A DNA stretch of 64,000 nucleotides. It comes from Prorocentrum cordatum (lineage: Eukaryota). Positions 13,465 to 28,300 of the stretch are shown here, in pieces (the first letter of the stretch is position 1; each line of letters opens with the position of its first letter). The notes under the pieces are model-generated. The model was given only the letters and a program-made list of their open reading frames with translations. It was not told where the DNA came from and did no database searches. A program made the translations under genes and the position numbers. The stretch lies in the NCBI GenBank assembly GCA_963575745.1, contig CAUYUJ010000225.1, forward strand, positions 248,001 to 312,000. The letters run 5' to 3'.

Positions 13465-14374
13465 AGACTGCATTGGCGCTTCGCGCCATGCACCTTGGTC
13501 CTTGAAGTTTGGTGTGCAGGCGGAATAGCAGGAAGGTCAAGCCGACACTTTAGCGATAACTCCTTGTTGCCTTTTCCGGCATCGCCGCTATAATAATGTT
13601 ATTCGTTATCCTTCCTCCATGCTTCTTTTTCCTTCATTTTCGCCAAACCCTGCGCATTCTCCCCATCCTCTGCAGCTCTTTTCTGCGGAGGCTCCTCCTT
13701 GGAGAGCCTCTGGGGGCCTCACAAAAGTTGTTTCGGGCTTTCTTAAGGCCTGCTGGAGGCCTCCTGGGCGTATTCTGGGGGCCTCTGGGGGCTTCCTCGG
13801 GCCACCCTGCCTCCAACCGCGGTCTCCCTGAACGACCGGGTCACGATTTGGAATGCTTCGGAGGGCGTCTTGGTGTCATCTTGGGCCGCCATGGGGCTCT
13901 CTGAGGGCCATCGTGGACCTGTGTTGTGCCGTTTTGGGGCTCTCTTGGACTGCCCGGAAGCCCTTTCGGATGGTTGTGGGGCGATTTGGGAGCCTCCCAG
14001 GCGGCTTCGGACGCCCAGAAGACCGCCGTCTTGGAGCGTCGGGAAGCCGAAAAAAGGAGAACCCCCAAATTTACCAAAAACCCACAGAAAATCAATGATT
14101 TTTGCCCCTTCGGCCTCTTGGGCCATCTGGAGGTCACGTCGGTCACTCCGGAGCGCTCTTGTGCTGTCTTGGGGTTCTCTGGGATGTCTCGATGACCCCC
14201 TGATCGCCTTAGGTGTGGTGGGAAGGCTTGGCAAAACGACCTGCGAGGCCCGGGGGGCAGCTTCGAGGCCCGTCCAGAGGGTCCCAAAGCCCCAGATCCC
14301 GGGAGTCCAGTTTTGGGCGGGGGAGAGACCCCTTTCGCGTTCCGCCCAGATTGTAACAATATATTAAAGGGAGT

Positions 14375-14429
14375 ATATGTATACATACATACATACATAC
14401 ATACATACATACATACATGCATGCATGCA

Positions 14430-14461
<32 letters not shown>

Positions 14462-14955
14462 CATACATACATCAATCCATCCATCCATCCATCCATCCAT
14501 CCATCCATCCATACATACATACATACATACACACATACATACACACAAACATACATACACATACATGCACACACATGCACATGCACATACCTACATACAT
14601 GCATGCATGCATGCATGCATGCATGCATGCATGCATACATACATACACACACATACATACATACATGCATGCATGCATGCATACATACATACATACATAC
14701 ATACATACATACATGCATGCATGCATGCATGCATGCATGCATACATACATACACACATGCATACATACATACATACATACATACATACATACATACATAC
14801 ATACATACATACATACATACATGCATACATGCATACATACATACATACATGCATACATGCATACACACATGAATGTAATCCATACATACATACATACATA
14901 CATACATGCATGCATGCATGCATGCATGCATGCATACATACATACATACATATCT
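14375..14955. repeat. (CATA/CATG/CATC)n microsatellite; similar tracts at 7270-7375, 23228-23840, 29115-29545 and 31150-31540
   Basis: Direct reading. Confidence 0.95.
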
Positions 14956-15569
14956 ATACAAAAACACCAGAAAGTTTGAAACATCGTCCCCTGAATATTT
15001 TTGACTATATTTGAATTTTCCTCCTGGAGAAGGACAGGCCCGACTTCAGCCTGGTGGGCTGGCTGCAGAAGCGGAGAGGGGCGAGACGGCGCGGGCCCGC
15101 CCAGCGCGCTGCCTGGCGGCGTGCCACGCCTGGGGCGCTCTCCCCGCGGCAGCGCCCTGCTGGGCCCCCTCGGCTGCGCGCGAGGGCTGGCTCCAGGCCA
15201 GGCCCAGGCCCAGACACGATCGCGCCGTTAAAAAATCGGGACGGGATGTTGTTGGCTGTTTTCGGCCCCGGGTGGCCCTCGCCGGGCCTCGGGGCCGTCA
15301 AAAAACGACTCAATACGAAAAACCGGCCCCAGGGAACGGGACGGGACTTCCAAGGGCGCCGCCCTTACCAAATCAGGACGTCGCAGGTCTGGGGGCACGA
15401 CCCCGCAGCGGTGGATGGGCATGCCCTGGCGGCGGACGCGGGGTTGGCGCCCTTGCCCCAACTCCCGGCACCGCGCTCGCCCTCTCGGCGCGCTCCGCCC
15501 TCACGCTCTCCTGAGCGGCCCCCTCATGCTTCTCTGGATCTCTTGGCCGCGGCAGCCGCGCGAGGTCCC

Positions 15570-16116
<547 letters not shown>

Positions 16117-17032
16117 TCCTGTTCGGCCCACGGCTGCATACAGGAGCGGCCCTAGGCAAGAGTGACCTTCTGTGCGCTGCGCGTTGTCCCTGCGAAAGCT
16201 CGCTCGGCTTTCGGGACACGACTCGGATCTCCGGCGGCCGCTTGCGACGAACGATCCGGGCACCCCTGGAGCGCTCCCGGCGAGGCGCAGCTGCTGGAAC
16301 GCAGCCCGAGGCAGGAAAACCTTCAGGAACCGACTAGAACGTCCGAAAGCCGACGAGAACATCCGAGCCTCACTCGTATGGTCGGCTCCTCCTCTTCGAT
16401 GCGAGCTGCAGAGCGCCCATCGGGGCCTTCCCGGGCTTCCCGCCGCTCTTGCCGCCGTCCTGCAGCTGGCCCGAGTGCTGCAGGATCTCCTCGGGGCGGG
16501 GGGGGGGCACTGCCTCTTCGGGAGGAGGCAGGGGCAGAGGAGGAGGAGGAGGAGGAGGAGGAGGAGGAGGAGGACGAGGAGGAAGATCATCGGGCCGAAG
16601 TGCTCTCACAGAAGATGGGCGGCGCACACGAGGGGGGCCGGCGAGGGGGTGCCCCCCTGAGAAGGGCGCGGCCTCCTGAGAAGGCACGGGCCTTCTTGGA
16701 AGGGCCCGCGGGGCCTCTGAGAAGCCTTCCTAGAAGCCCCCGGGGGCCCCTCCAATGAGCCCCCTGCCTTCTCGGAAGCCCCCCGCCTCAACAGAAGCAC
16801 AGAAGGCCGTCCGCAACGCCCCACACCCTTGCGCGCGCCACCGAACATGACGAATAAGTCGCACCAGCATCGAAACTGTTGGAGGTTCCTGGGTCACCCG
16901 CCTTCCCGCACCGCGCCGCCCCCTCGGAGAGAACGGCAGCCGCTCCGGCCCAGATCGGAGACGCGCGGTCACCTCCGCGCCCCCGCGGGGGACTCCTGGA
17001 GGTTCTCGCAGGGGGGTCCAGCGTCCATGACT

Positions 17033-17200
17033 ACCTACCAGACCACCCCAACCCAACCCGAAGACCAGAATTTGACACGAATTTCGGGTTGGGGGGGGTA
17101 CGGATTCCATGTGTTTTTTGTCAACGTTCCCCGACCCCCCCCCACCGGAAATGGAGGGCAAATCGAGGGCTTCGGGTTGGGTTGGGGTGGTTTGGTGGGT
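17033..17200. mobile_element. MITE-like element with ~31-bp TIRs
   Basis: ACCTACCAGACCACCCCAACCCAACCCGAAG ... CTTCGGGTTGGGTTGGGGTGGTTTGGTGGGT. Confidence 0.65.
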
Positions 17201-19974
17201 GGTGAGTCCAGCGCCGACCCAAGAAACCAACGCAGGCCTCCGAAGGTGTGCTGCCTCTGCCGCTGCCTCCCCTCCGACCGCAGACGCTCAGGTCGAGGAC
17301 CGACGGAGCCGGCAGCGAGACCGAAACTGGCCGAATGCCGACGGACCGAAAGCAGCTAAGAAGGGCGCAGCGGCGCAACAGCCGAACGGACCGAACCCGC
17401 CAAGCGCGGCCGACGACGCAACCGAACCGACCAGACCGCGGACACCGTTGCAGGCCCTGCAGGGGCGTGGAACAAATCACAGCGCGGGCCCCCAGATTGT
17501 CACAGGTCGATCCCCCTCGAGAGCAAAAGCTTGCAGATGAGGCCGAGGGCTATTTACAGTCCGTGTGATTGCTCGCGGCGCCTGTTTATGGCAGGCTCGT
17601 GTCGTGACGACTGGCACTTGGGCTTCCGACACCGCGTGGATCGCTAAACATTGAACGATCGGTCCATGGGAGCACGAGATCGGCTCAAACCCTCAGGAAC
17701 CGTTTCGCTGAGGACCAGGTGGCGTGGTGGCGTCATGGCGACTGGGGAGAAAAGCCAGGACTGAGGGGAACAGCCCGCCGGAATTCTGGGCTCGGTGGCG
17801 ACGGTGCAAGATTGGGCCGCTGACCAGCAGGCCTCCGCCGCCGAGGCCGCCTTGGGCCCAGGGCGTGGTGGACGTGGCCTCGTGGCCCTGGCCAGGAGCC
17901 GACGTCCACCACCGAGGTCCAGGCCGGCCCAAACCGACCAGGCCCCGCGCAGTCCTCGCTGGCCAAGATCTGCTCTCTCGGTGAGAGAACTCCCTCAGCG
18001 AGCCCATTGCCGCCACCCCATTTAATTGTTGGACTTGGTTTGATCCCGGCTTGCGCCCATCGCCGCCATCCAGAGCATGCTTTCAGTGAGCCATTTGCCG
18101 CGATCTCGTTTCTTGTCTTTGAGAAACCCCCGTGGAGGTGGACACCCAGACCTCCAACGCAATACACCAGGAAATTGTAGCACGCATGGCTGTATCCGTT
18201 CGTGGAGCATCTGGAGACCGCGCGCTGATCCGCTTGCAGGTAGAACCGTGCCCGGCCGCACGGGAGCGGAGCGCTGGAAAAAGCGCTCGCCCTGCCCAGC
18301 CACGTCGGGTGGCTGAGTCTGAACCCCTGACCCCAAAAAACGACAACGTCGAACTTTTACTTCCGACGCCTTCTGTGGACCGTCCGCTGGCCTCCGCCAA
18401 TCGACCCGCCGCTGCCTTACCTCCGCTGACCTACAGCGGAGGCCAGCCCACGAGAGACCTCCAGCAAGCAACCCGACCCCGAGACCCCTTGACCTCCATT
18501 GACTTTTGGTGTTTTTTTTTGTTTCGTACTTTTTGTGTTTGTTTGTTGTGCTTTTTGTGTGTTTTGTATGTTTTTCATGTTTTTGTTTTTTTCTTCCATC
18601 GCAAAAAACCCTCGAAGCCCAGGCAACCCCCGGGGGCACCCCCGAGGCGAGCGGGGTGCTTCCTGGCACGGGCCCCCACCGTGCGCCGGCCCCCCGCCGC
18701 CTCCTCCCCCGCGGGCGAGACGAGGCGAGGTGCCTTCCTGGGACGCGCCGCCTGCGGCCGAGTCCTGAAGCCCCAACTCCCAATAGGGAGGAGGAGGAGG
18801 AGGAGGAGGAGGAGGAGGAGGAGGAGGAGGAGGAGGAGGAGGAGGAGGAGGAGGAGGAGGGGGACGAGGAGGAGGGGGAGGAGGACGACGACGATGAGGA
18901 GGAGGGGGAGGAGGAGGGGGAGGGGGAGGAGGAGGAGGAGGAGGAGGAGGAGGAGGAGGAGGAGGAGGAGGATGAGGAGGGGGAGGAGGAGAGGGAGGAG
19001 GAACGCGCCACCTGCAGCCGATTCCTGAAATCCCAGCTCCCAAAAGGGTTCCATCCCTTGGGGGCGCAGCTTCGCCTTCCGCCGCCCTCCGCCGAGGGCG
19101 GAGCGGTCTTTCTTTTACTTCCGCCGCCCGCGGTGGGCCCTCCGCCGCCCGCCGCCGAGGAGGAGATGCCAGCCTCCCGACTCCTCGAGGGCGAGGTCCT
19201 TTCTGGAACGCCCCACGTGGGGCACAGGGGCCCTCGACTCCGACATTCGAGTGGACTTCACGCCCTCCTCTCACGGTCCTGGGGTCCGACACGGGCTTTG
19301 CAGGAGGCCCGAGCTTGGAACCTCTGGCCGTCCTCAAGGCTCCGAACACGGGGGCTCTGATGGACCAGGAGGTTGGCGCAGCCAGGAGAACTGCACCTGC
19401 GAGCAGAATCATGGTGCATCTTTCCGCTTCCGCTGGCTGGATCTAACAAAGCCCCGATTGAAACGTCCTGGCTTCTTGGGGCCTTGACATCCCCGGTGTC
19501 CTATCACGCTGGAAGAAGGGTTGGCGGGGGCGGGCAGCATCGACTCTATGAACGGATCGGATCAGACCGTGCACCGAATCGTGCCCCATCGGCACGGACT
19601 CAGAATCCAATCGGATCGGCAACGCCAAGATGCAGAACAACGCCATGCAAACACCTGGCCGCTTCGGATGGTCGGAAGAGCGGACTGGAATCGGATCGAG
19701 CTGGTCGAAATAGATGTCGAGCCGCATCGCAAACGAACCTGGATGGTGGATGCTTTCCCTCTCCCAGCATCTCCCAGTTCAGCATGAAGGGCTGGATGGG
19801 CCGTATGAGCTCCAAATCCTACCAGGCCCCTCGCTGGGGGCCACCCTGCCGTAGGTGAGGACGAGGGAGGAGGAGGGAGGAGGAGGAGGAGGAGGAGGAG
19901 GAGACGGAGGAGGAGGAGGAGGAGGAGGAGGAGGACCACTGTAAACGCAAGAGTCATCAACGATATTCGAATTA

Positions 19975-20620
19975 GGTCTCCCTCCAAGCTTCATAGGCCC
20001 CTACAGCGGTTCCTTTCCATTGAAGGAACTGCCTCGTTGGAAGACAACCGGTTGAAGATCCTGAAGCATGCCAAAACATTGTTCCCGTGCAGCGCCACGT
20101 ATCAACCTGACTGCTGCGTCTTGACGATCCAGAATCGTGCCAGACCGCCATGTTTGGGATTTCAACACAACGAACCAACATAACTGTTGCACACGCATAA
20201 TCCGGAATCCTTCCTAAACACAATATCTGGTACGCTGATCTTGGGAATCCGTGAAACTCTTGCAACAGTTTAAAACGAATGTGCGCGGCGCTAAGGCGAG
20301 AACCACAATTTGAAAAGGAACTGCCCTCAATCCGTGAAACTATTGCCAATGTTGAAAACGACCCGCCCTCAATCCGTGAAGCTCTTGCAAGTTTTGAAAA
20401 CGAATGTGCACGGCGCCAGAGCGAGAGCCGCATTTTGAAAACGACCCGCCTTCAATCCGTGAAACTCTTGCAACTGTTGAAAACGAATGTGCGCGGCGCT
20501 AAGGCGAGAGCCACATTTTGAAAATGACCCGCCCTCCATCTGTGAAGCTGTCGTGACTTTTTAAGCTTCAGGGCCACAAATGGTGAGGAGGTCTCAGGCG
20601 AAACGCCCGGCCCGCTCTAA
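19975..20620 (+). repeat. Dispersed repeat with internal ~80-bp array, copy 1
   Basis: Homologous to the reverse complement of 50355-51135 (CTCCCTCCAAGCT..CATAGGCCCCTA; AAAACGAATGTGCGCGGCGCTAAGGCGAGA units). Confidence 0.75.
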
Positions 20621-22159
20621 AAACTAGCCTCGGGGTGAGACAGGGAGGAATTATCTATAAGGAGAAGGAATGGAGGAGAAGGAATGGAGGAGGAGGAGGA
20701 GGAGGAGAAGGAGGAGGAGGAACAGGGGGAGAAGGAGGAAGAGGGAGGGAGGGAGGGAGGAGGATGCGGGTGCCCTCCTCCACCTCTTGATCCCCCTCAC
20801 GCGGCGGGAGGGAGGCCCCAGACACCCCCCCGCGCCGTGGAGCCAGAAGAGCACGCCCAGACGCGTTGGACCATTCTCCGCCCCCGGGGGCCCTCCCCGG
20901 GTTCTGGGACAGTGGCAAAACGGTTCGGTATGGAGAGCAGGGCCCCAGGAAAGGATCGTGGGACGCACAAGGACGTACCAGTACGATGTGCCTCTGCTGC
21001 GCACGTCCGGCCCGAACACGTGGGCGACGATCCAAAATGTGTCCCACGCGAGATGGCACAGCGGCCTTACGCCGCAGCTTACGCGGGCCGCCAGCGCGGC
21101 ACGCCACATCGGAGCCGAGGGCGCTTACGCGCGACCTTACGCGGGCAGCTTACGCGCCAATGTCGGCGCAAACGACCAAGTTGTGCGTGTGTGTGTTTTG
21201 GGGCAGCGATCATACAATACGTTGTAGCAGGGCGTTTCCCCAGCGGCCTGGCCAGACAGCGCCCGCCACCGAGCATGCGCCACAGCATGTCTCGGCACGC
21301 GCGCGTCGCCCGCGGGGTGCAGAGGCACAGGCCAAGACCGAGACCTCTGGGGGGGCCACGCCGCGACGAAAGCCAGGACGTCGGAGGCCTGGGGCGGAGG
21401 GGGGGGGGCGGAGGGCGAAGGGGCCCTCTGCTCCGACGTTGCAAGCTTGTCCGTGGCGCTGGCCCCTGGGGCTTCGACCGCTTCCCGCCAGGCAACAAGC
21501 GATGGCGGTAGCCCCAGTCGGCTGGCCGCGACGAGGGCGATGCGGACATCCCCCCTCAAGTGTCACGCCCCCGGAGGGGCGCTGCACCTCGAGGGAAGGG
21601 GCAGAGCAGGCCAACCGCAGAGGACTTCCTCGTGGCAGCAGTTCGCCACAAAGCCAGGCGTACATAGCCGCGCAACATTCGCGAAAACGTAGCTGCCCCG
21701 ATACGCAATACTGAGTTCAGTCCGTATACATCCAAGACGTGGGTATGGCTGCATACATTCGCCAATACGTGGGCCAACTGGTAGAACATCCACGCTAAAT
21801 ACGCAATACGTAAGGTGGCCGGCGATGAGTAGCCCAACAAGCACAATCCGTAACCCAATACGTCGCCCAATATGGATCTCAATCCAGAACCCCATCGCGG
21901 ACTGCTCTTCTTCTGTCTCGGCCAGCGCTCTTCCTTATCCTCCTCCTCCTCCTCCTCCTCCTCTTCCTCCTTCTCCCCCTCCTCCTCAATCCTCTCCCCC
22001 CGTCGTTGTCGCCACCGCCGTCGCCGACCCCTCGGCCCTCCCATGCGCCTCTGGGCAGCACATGTGTATACATATATATATATATATATGTATATATGTA
22101 TCTCTCTCTATATATATATGTATTCATATATATATATATATAAACAAATGAACAAATAA

Positions 22160-23200
22160 CACATCCCGGGGGTGCTATAACACCCCCTGGGGCCGCTATA
22201 ACACCTCTCGAAGCCTCCAAGAAGCCTCCAGGGCCGCTGTAGCACGCCCCTGCAGGGCCGCTAGAACACCTCCCCGGTGCCGCTATAATACCTCCCTAGG
22301 CCGTGTGTCACGTCCTGGGGCTTCCAAAAAGCCTCTCGCCGTGTACGTAACACCTTGCAAGGGCAGCTCTACAACCCCCCGGGCCGCATAACACCTCCTG
22401 GGGCCGCAACGATACAGCCACCCAGGGCTTCTATCACACCTCCCCAGAGCTTCAATAACACCTCCCCAGGGCCCGCTGTAACACCTCCCTGGGTCGTACC
22501 CCTGGGGGGCCTTCCCACAGCCCCCCGCCCATGCAGGCCTCTCCGGGGCCGCTATCTCGCCAGTGTCGCTATAACACCTCCCCGGGCCGTATAACACCTC
22601 CCCAGCAAGGCCTCCCCCTAAAAAACCGCTCTGGGCCAGTCCCGGGGCCGTATAACATCTCCTGGGGCACAGCCCAGGGCTTCTACAACACCTCCCCGGC
22701 GCCGCTATAACATCTCCCCAGGGCCGCTAGAATTAACACCTCCCCGGCCCGTATAGAACACCTCCTGCATGGGGGCCTTCATACAGCCCCCCGCCCGGGC
22801 TGTTTTAACACCTCGCTGGGGCCGCTGCAACACCTCTGCGGGCCATATAGCACCTCCCGGGGACCCATAAAGCAACCCGGTGGGCCGTATAACACCTCCC
22901 TGGGCGCATGTTCCTTTTTATCACGCAAGCAAGCTCATCCCCCAAGCATTCCGCATCCCCTCGAGGGGGCGTTGACCGCGACGGCAAGCCACGAGAAGTC
23001 AGCATCCCTCCGTATAACACCTCCTCGGGCCCATGTAACACCTCCGAAGGCCGTTAGAACACCCTCCTGGCCGCCATCACACCTCCCGATATAACACGTC
23101 CCAGGCTGACTATACATATAGCACCTCCAACGGCCCATAGAACACTTCCGCGAGCACGTATAGCAAATCCCTGGGAGCATACAAGACGTCCCCGAGCCTG
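22160..23200. repeat. Degenerate GCCGCTATAACACCTCCC minisatellite
   Basis: More than 20 variants of the motif. Confidence 0.75.
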
Positions 23201-24719
23201 GGCACATTTAACATCACCATGACACATTTATATATATATATATATAAATATATGTATATATGTGTGTGCATGTATGTGCGTATGTGTGTATGTGAGTCTG
23301 TATGCATACATGCACGCATGCATACATGTGTGTATGTATGCATGTATGCATATATGTATGTAGGCATGCATGTATATCTGTATGTGTGTACGCATGTCTG
23401 TATTATGTATGTATGTACGTCTGTCTGTCTGTCTGTATGTATGTATGTACGTATGTATCTATGCATGTATGTGTGTATGTATGCATGTGTGTATGCAAAT
23501 ATATAAATATGTATGTATGTATGTTTGTATGTATGTATGTGTGTATGTGTGTATGTATGTATGTATGTATGTATGCATGCATGCATGTATGTTTGTATGC
23601 ATGCATGTATGTATGTGTGGATGTGTGTATGTATGTATGGGTGTGTATGTATGTATGTACGTATGTATGTATGTATGTATGGATGGATGTATGTATGTAT
23701 GTATGTATGTATGTATGTGTGTATGTGTATGCCTGTCTGTATGTACGTATGCATGCATGTATGCTTATATGCATATACATGTGTGTGTATATATATATAT
23801 ATACATATCCATGTACATCTATATATATATATATATATAAATCACCTCCCGAGGCCCATATGACACCCTCCTGGGCCCATCTGTAAAACCTGTACCGGGT
23901 CCCTTTGGTTGCCCCGCCGAAGCCCCATGGTGCTCCACCGAGGCTCCTTGGGTTCTGCACCGAGGACCCTTGGGTGCTCCACCGACGACGGACCACGACG
24001 CCACCGACGACGAGGGGCAGGAGTTGTAGGAGGAGGATGAAGAAGAAGAGCAAATTCAAGAGAGAAGGAGGGGGAGGGGGAGAAGGAGGGGAAGGATCCA
24101 ATCAGTACCTCAACGCGGAACTCAATGCGGAGCCCCCAGACGGCCCACGTATTGAGCCGATACGTAACACTTCCATACGGTGCGTTTCCATACGGCACGT
24201 CCTGCGTATTGAATCCGAGCTGTCCGGGCAACTAAGAACAGGGATTCACGATCGAATTGGCCCATACGGCCAGAAGGAACCATCCAGGGTCTGAAGCCTC
24301 CTGGCACATTCCTCCACGAACGCCCCCACTGTACACAGCAAGCGGCGAACGTGGAGCCGACCAGCTTCGGAACTCTCCGAGGGGCCGCCCCGGGAGGGCC
24401 ACCTTCTGGCACTGGGCGTTTGGGGTCTTCGGCCCGTGGCCCGCCTCCCTCGTGGGGCCCACGGGGGCGGGGGGAGGCGGGGTCAAGGAAGCCAGGCCGC
24501 CTCCTCCTCCTAAGCCCTTCTCCTCCTCCTCCTCCTCCTCCTCCTTCTCGTCCTCCTCGTAAGTCCTCCTCCTCCTCCTCCTTCTCCTCCTCCTCCTCCT
24601 TCTCCAGAGTCCTGAGCATGCCGTGCTGGCCAGGAGGGAACCCTGGCTCCGCCCCGTGCGTCCGGGTGGCAGCTCCGAGGGCATACCCCGGCGGGCCACG
24701 GCCGCTGCTGGAAGCTTCG

Positions 24720-25098
24720 GGAGGACCAGAAACGTCGTGAAAGCGCCGCTGCCAGCGAGTGCACATGCGAAGCATTGCGAATAGTCCTCGCCATTTCCGT
24801 CTTCATCCCAGGATTGCACCGGGGACTGAATGTTGAATTTCCACCGGCCGGCACTGAATTGATGGAACCTGTGGACCACAGGGATGGTATCAATGAGAAT
24901 CGGGATTGGGTCGTCTTCTCTCCATCCGCACGGGGGCGCAGGTCCCTTCCTTTTATCCTTCTTGCTCTGCTTCCCCACAAAGTCGAAGAAGACCAGCTTG
25001 TCTTTCTCGGCAACGTGGATCTGCTGGGCCCGCTCGCCGCAGACTGCCTCGCACAACCGCTGGTAGTTCTCCTCTGTCTCCCAAACGTCCCCCTTCAC
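24720..25098 (-). CDS. Candidate next exon of the same unidentified gene (3' end uncertain)
   Basis: AG|VKGDVWETEENYQRLCEAVCGERAQQIHVAEKDKLVFFDFVGK...WKFNIQSPVQSWDEDG. Complex, protein-like sequence in phase with the 25255-25335 exon. Confidence 0.5.
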
Positions 25099-25254
25099 CT
25101 TTGGGAGCCACGCATGCACAGGTATCCACGAAATGCGGATGCTGAGTTCTATCGAAAAGGCGCTCAGCCTCACAGATTCCCCGGATCCCCAGGAGCGCGC
25201 TGGGGTCAATCAACCTGTCACGACTGGGATGCGCATTGGCTGCCCATGCCGGGC

Positions 25255-25335
25255 CTTCAGCTCGTTCGGGGGCTGCATCATCACAATCGTTCCTGTCCTG
25301 TCGAGGCCCTGCTTCTTCATGATACTGTCCATGTC
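25255..25335 (-). CDS. Candidate exon of an unidentified minus-strand gene
   Basis: AG|DMDSIMKKQGLDRTGTIVMMQPPNELK|GC, phase 0 on both sides. Confidence 0.5.
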
Positions 25336-28300
25336 CTTCGGGTGCGCCGAACAGGGGGGCCAGGAAGAGGGGGGTTGGAAGAGGGGGAGGAGGAAGAGGA
25401 GGAGGAGAAGGAGGAGGAGGAGGGGGAGGAGGAGGGGAGGAGATGGAGGAGGTGGAGGAGGAGGAGGAGGAGGAGGAGGAGGAGGAGGAGGAGGAGAGAG
25501 AGGAGGAGGAGGAGGAGGAGGAGGAGGAGGAGGAGAGAGGAGGCGGAGGAGGAGGAGGGGGGGGTAGGACGAGGGGGGTTGGTGCATCGTGGCCCGAGGC
25601 ACGTGCGCGGACGTGGTGGGAGCCAAGGAGCGCAGTCACAAGCAGAAGAAGAGGAAGAATAACAAAAAAATAAACATAATAATAAGAAGAAGAAGTGAAA
25701 GCAGAAGAAGAAGCAGAAGAAGCAGAAGAAGAACAAGCAGAAGAAGAAGAAGAAGAAGGCGCCACGACACGTGATGGATCTCGCTGCCACGGCCACGACA
25801 CCCCGCACGCCACCCACCCGACGAGCAGTCACTCCGCAGCGGTGCCGCGCGCCCCTCCCCCCCCTTCTCCCCGGCCTCTGTCCGGGCGGGGCCCTGCCCC
25901 TCCCGCACGCGGCGGTCTACGAGTCGGAGCTCGTTGTTTTTTCTGGTGTTCTCTTCGGTCGGGTCGCTTTTGGTTTCCATCGATGAGGACAGCGCTCCCG
26001 CCACAGCGCGGGGCACACTGCTGAGTCTGAACGACTCCTCGTCGTGCTGTTGCTATTCCTCCTCCTCCTCCTCCTCCTCCTCCTTCCTCCCCTTCCTGCC
26101 CCTGTCCCTCCTCCTTTTTCATGCTCCTCTTCTTCCTCGTGCTCATCCTCCTTGTCATCCGCCACCACCAACTCCTCCAAAGTACACAGCTCCCCTTTCT
26201 GATTGTGCATACCCGATGGGGTTGTTTGGGGGGTTCCAGCTCTGTTATGAACATATCAGCACAATGGAAAGAACGCATGGGAGCGGTAGGATGTCAGGTA
26301 TGGTGCGAGCGCGCCTAGCTTGTCCTCGCCCCCCTATTCCCTCTCTCCTCCCACATTGCATTTGTTCCATGACGCCGGCCCCAGCCTGGGCTTCAATCGC
26401 TTCCCCGAGTCCTCATTTTCATCCTGAGCCGGTTTTCGACGGTCCAAGAACTTGGAGACGGCCTCCAGAAGCGGAAAGCTGCAGTAGATATCTACGATCA
26501 GAAACCTTGCATGCTGTAAGGAATATTAAGGCACATTGAGGGGCCCGAAGGCTTCTGTAGGTCCCTGGGGCAATCGGGGGATAATCAGTTTCCGTGGGGC
26601 ACCATGGTGGCAGGCAGGCTGGCTTCTCATCCGATGCACCTACTGCGCGTCCGAAGAACTGTCGTCACCACTTCTTACCAGCCTCGAACGTATCCCTATC
26701 CCTAAGATTGACACGCCAAAAGGCGATGACAATCTCAGGGATTCGCCCTCAAAAATTAAGGGAATCCCTAAGATTGGCATCGTGATGAGGAGGTGCCCAG
26801 CATAGGGATAGGGATATGTTCCAGGCTGGTAAACTTCTGTCCTCGGGAGACACAAAAAAAAACATAAACAGGAACTGTTGGACGTCCACGCGGGGTTCTT
26901 GCATCGGCGCTGGAGGCGCCGCCAGGGGCCTCCACCGCCGGACCTCCGGAAGCTCCTGCTTTTATGTCCTCCTCGTTCCCCGAGCCTCGGGCTTCGACGT
27001 CCCCACGCGGGGCCAAAAGACATACACCGCCACCACCACCTCCCTCGGCCCCCCCCCCTCTCCCACGAAGGAGGAGGGGGGGAAGGAGGGTGGAGGAGGG
27101 AGGGGGAAGGGAGGTGGTCGTGGTGGTGGCGTCGTCTTCTTGGGGCCCGCGCCCCGAGTCCTGCTCCTTGTGCTTCTTGCCCCCGGGCTCCCACCGGGGC
27201 TTCAGGCTCACCTCGGGGCGGAGCAGCAGGCGCCGGGCACCCGGGAGGCGGGGGGGGCGCTCCCCGCCCCGAGGGCCCGCGGCGCCGCGCACACGGCCCC
27301 GAAGGCACGCGGGCAGGAGGAGCCGGCCACCGATCGGGCGCCTGTTGCGTCTGCCCCGGAAGGGGGACGGGACCCGTTCAGCTTCAGAGAGAACCTATGT
27401 CGGTCAAGATGCTGGCGGAGCAGCGACAAACTGCGGCAACCGACTAGCGGCAACTAGCGGCGCGTGCACGGCGCCAACCGTCCACCGATCACTCCCTATT
27501 CGCCGCTAGTGGCCGCTAAACGCCCCCAGAAGCTGTTGGTAAAATTCAAGGCTTTCATGAGCACAAACCTCAACTCATGTGCTCCTCTCTTCCGTCTGCC
27601 CAACCTCCTCTCGCTATCGTAAGCAGCTTAAGGATCGGGCCGATGGGATAACGGTCGACTGCTGTAGTGTTGCGAAGGCATGGCGTGCGCTGCTGCAGCT
27701 ACATGCAATTTCCCCCACTGGGCGCACTCCAACAACAACAACTGGACTGTGCAATGTGGCAGCGCGCAAAACCAGTGGAAACTCACGCAAGTCGCTCTAA
27801 CGTCGGACCCTTTCGGTAACGCTTCGTCCTTCAATCGACATTTGATGCAAAGGTTCGCAACGAAGTTCCCCGTAGCGATCTCCGTCCATAGACGATGGCC
27901 CCAACACAGCGGCCAGAAGAAAACGCCAAGTCGCCATTATCTGGTCGCTGAAGCTGATGGCCAGCAGGGCACGCATGGTCTCCACGTCCTGAGTGGGGCG
28001 AGACGGGAGCCGATGGGACGAGAGACTGGAGGAGGGGAACTTAGAGGCCCCCAGAGGTCACCGGAGGCCCCTGGACGCCCCTGGGAGCCTCCAGAGCCCC
28101 CCCACTAACAAAAAAAGTAATCTAAAAACGCCTGCCCATGATGCTCGAGCCGACCGGTGGACCTGGCCGCGGCGAGGTGCTCGACGATCGCAGGGGGCGG
28201 GCGTGCGGGCAAGCGACCAGCGCCGCGAGGGGTGCCCCGGCGCCCGTGAAGTTCCAGACGTCGCTCTCGCTCCGCACGCTGGGACATCGACCCTGCCGCC

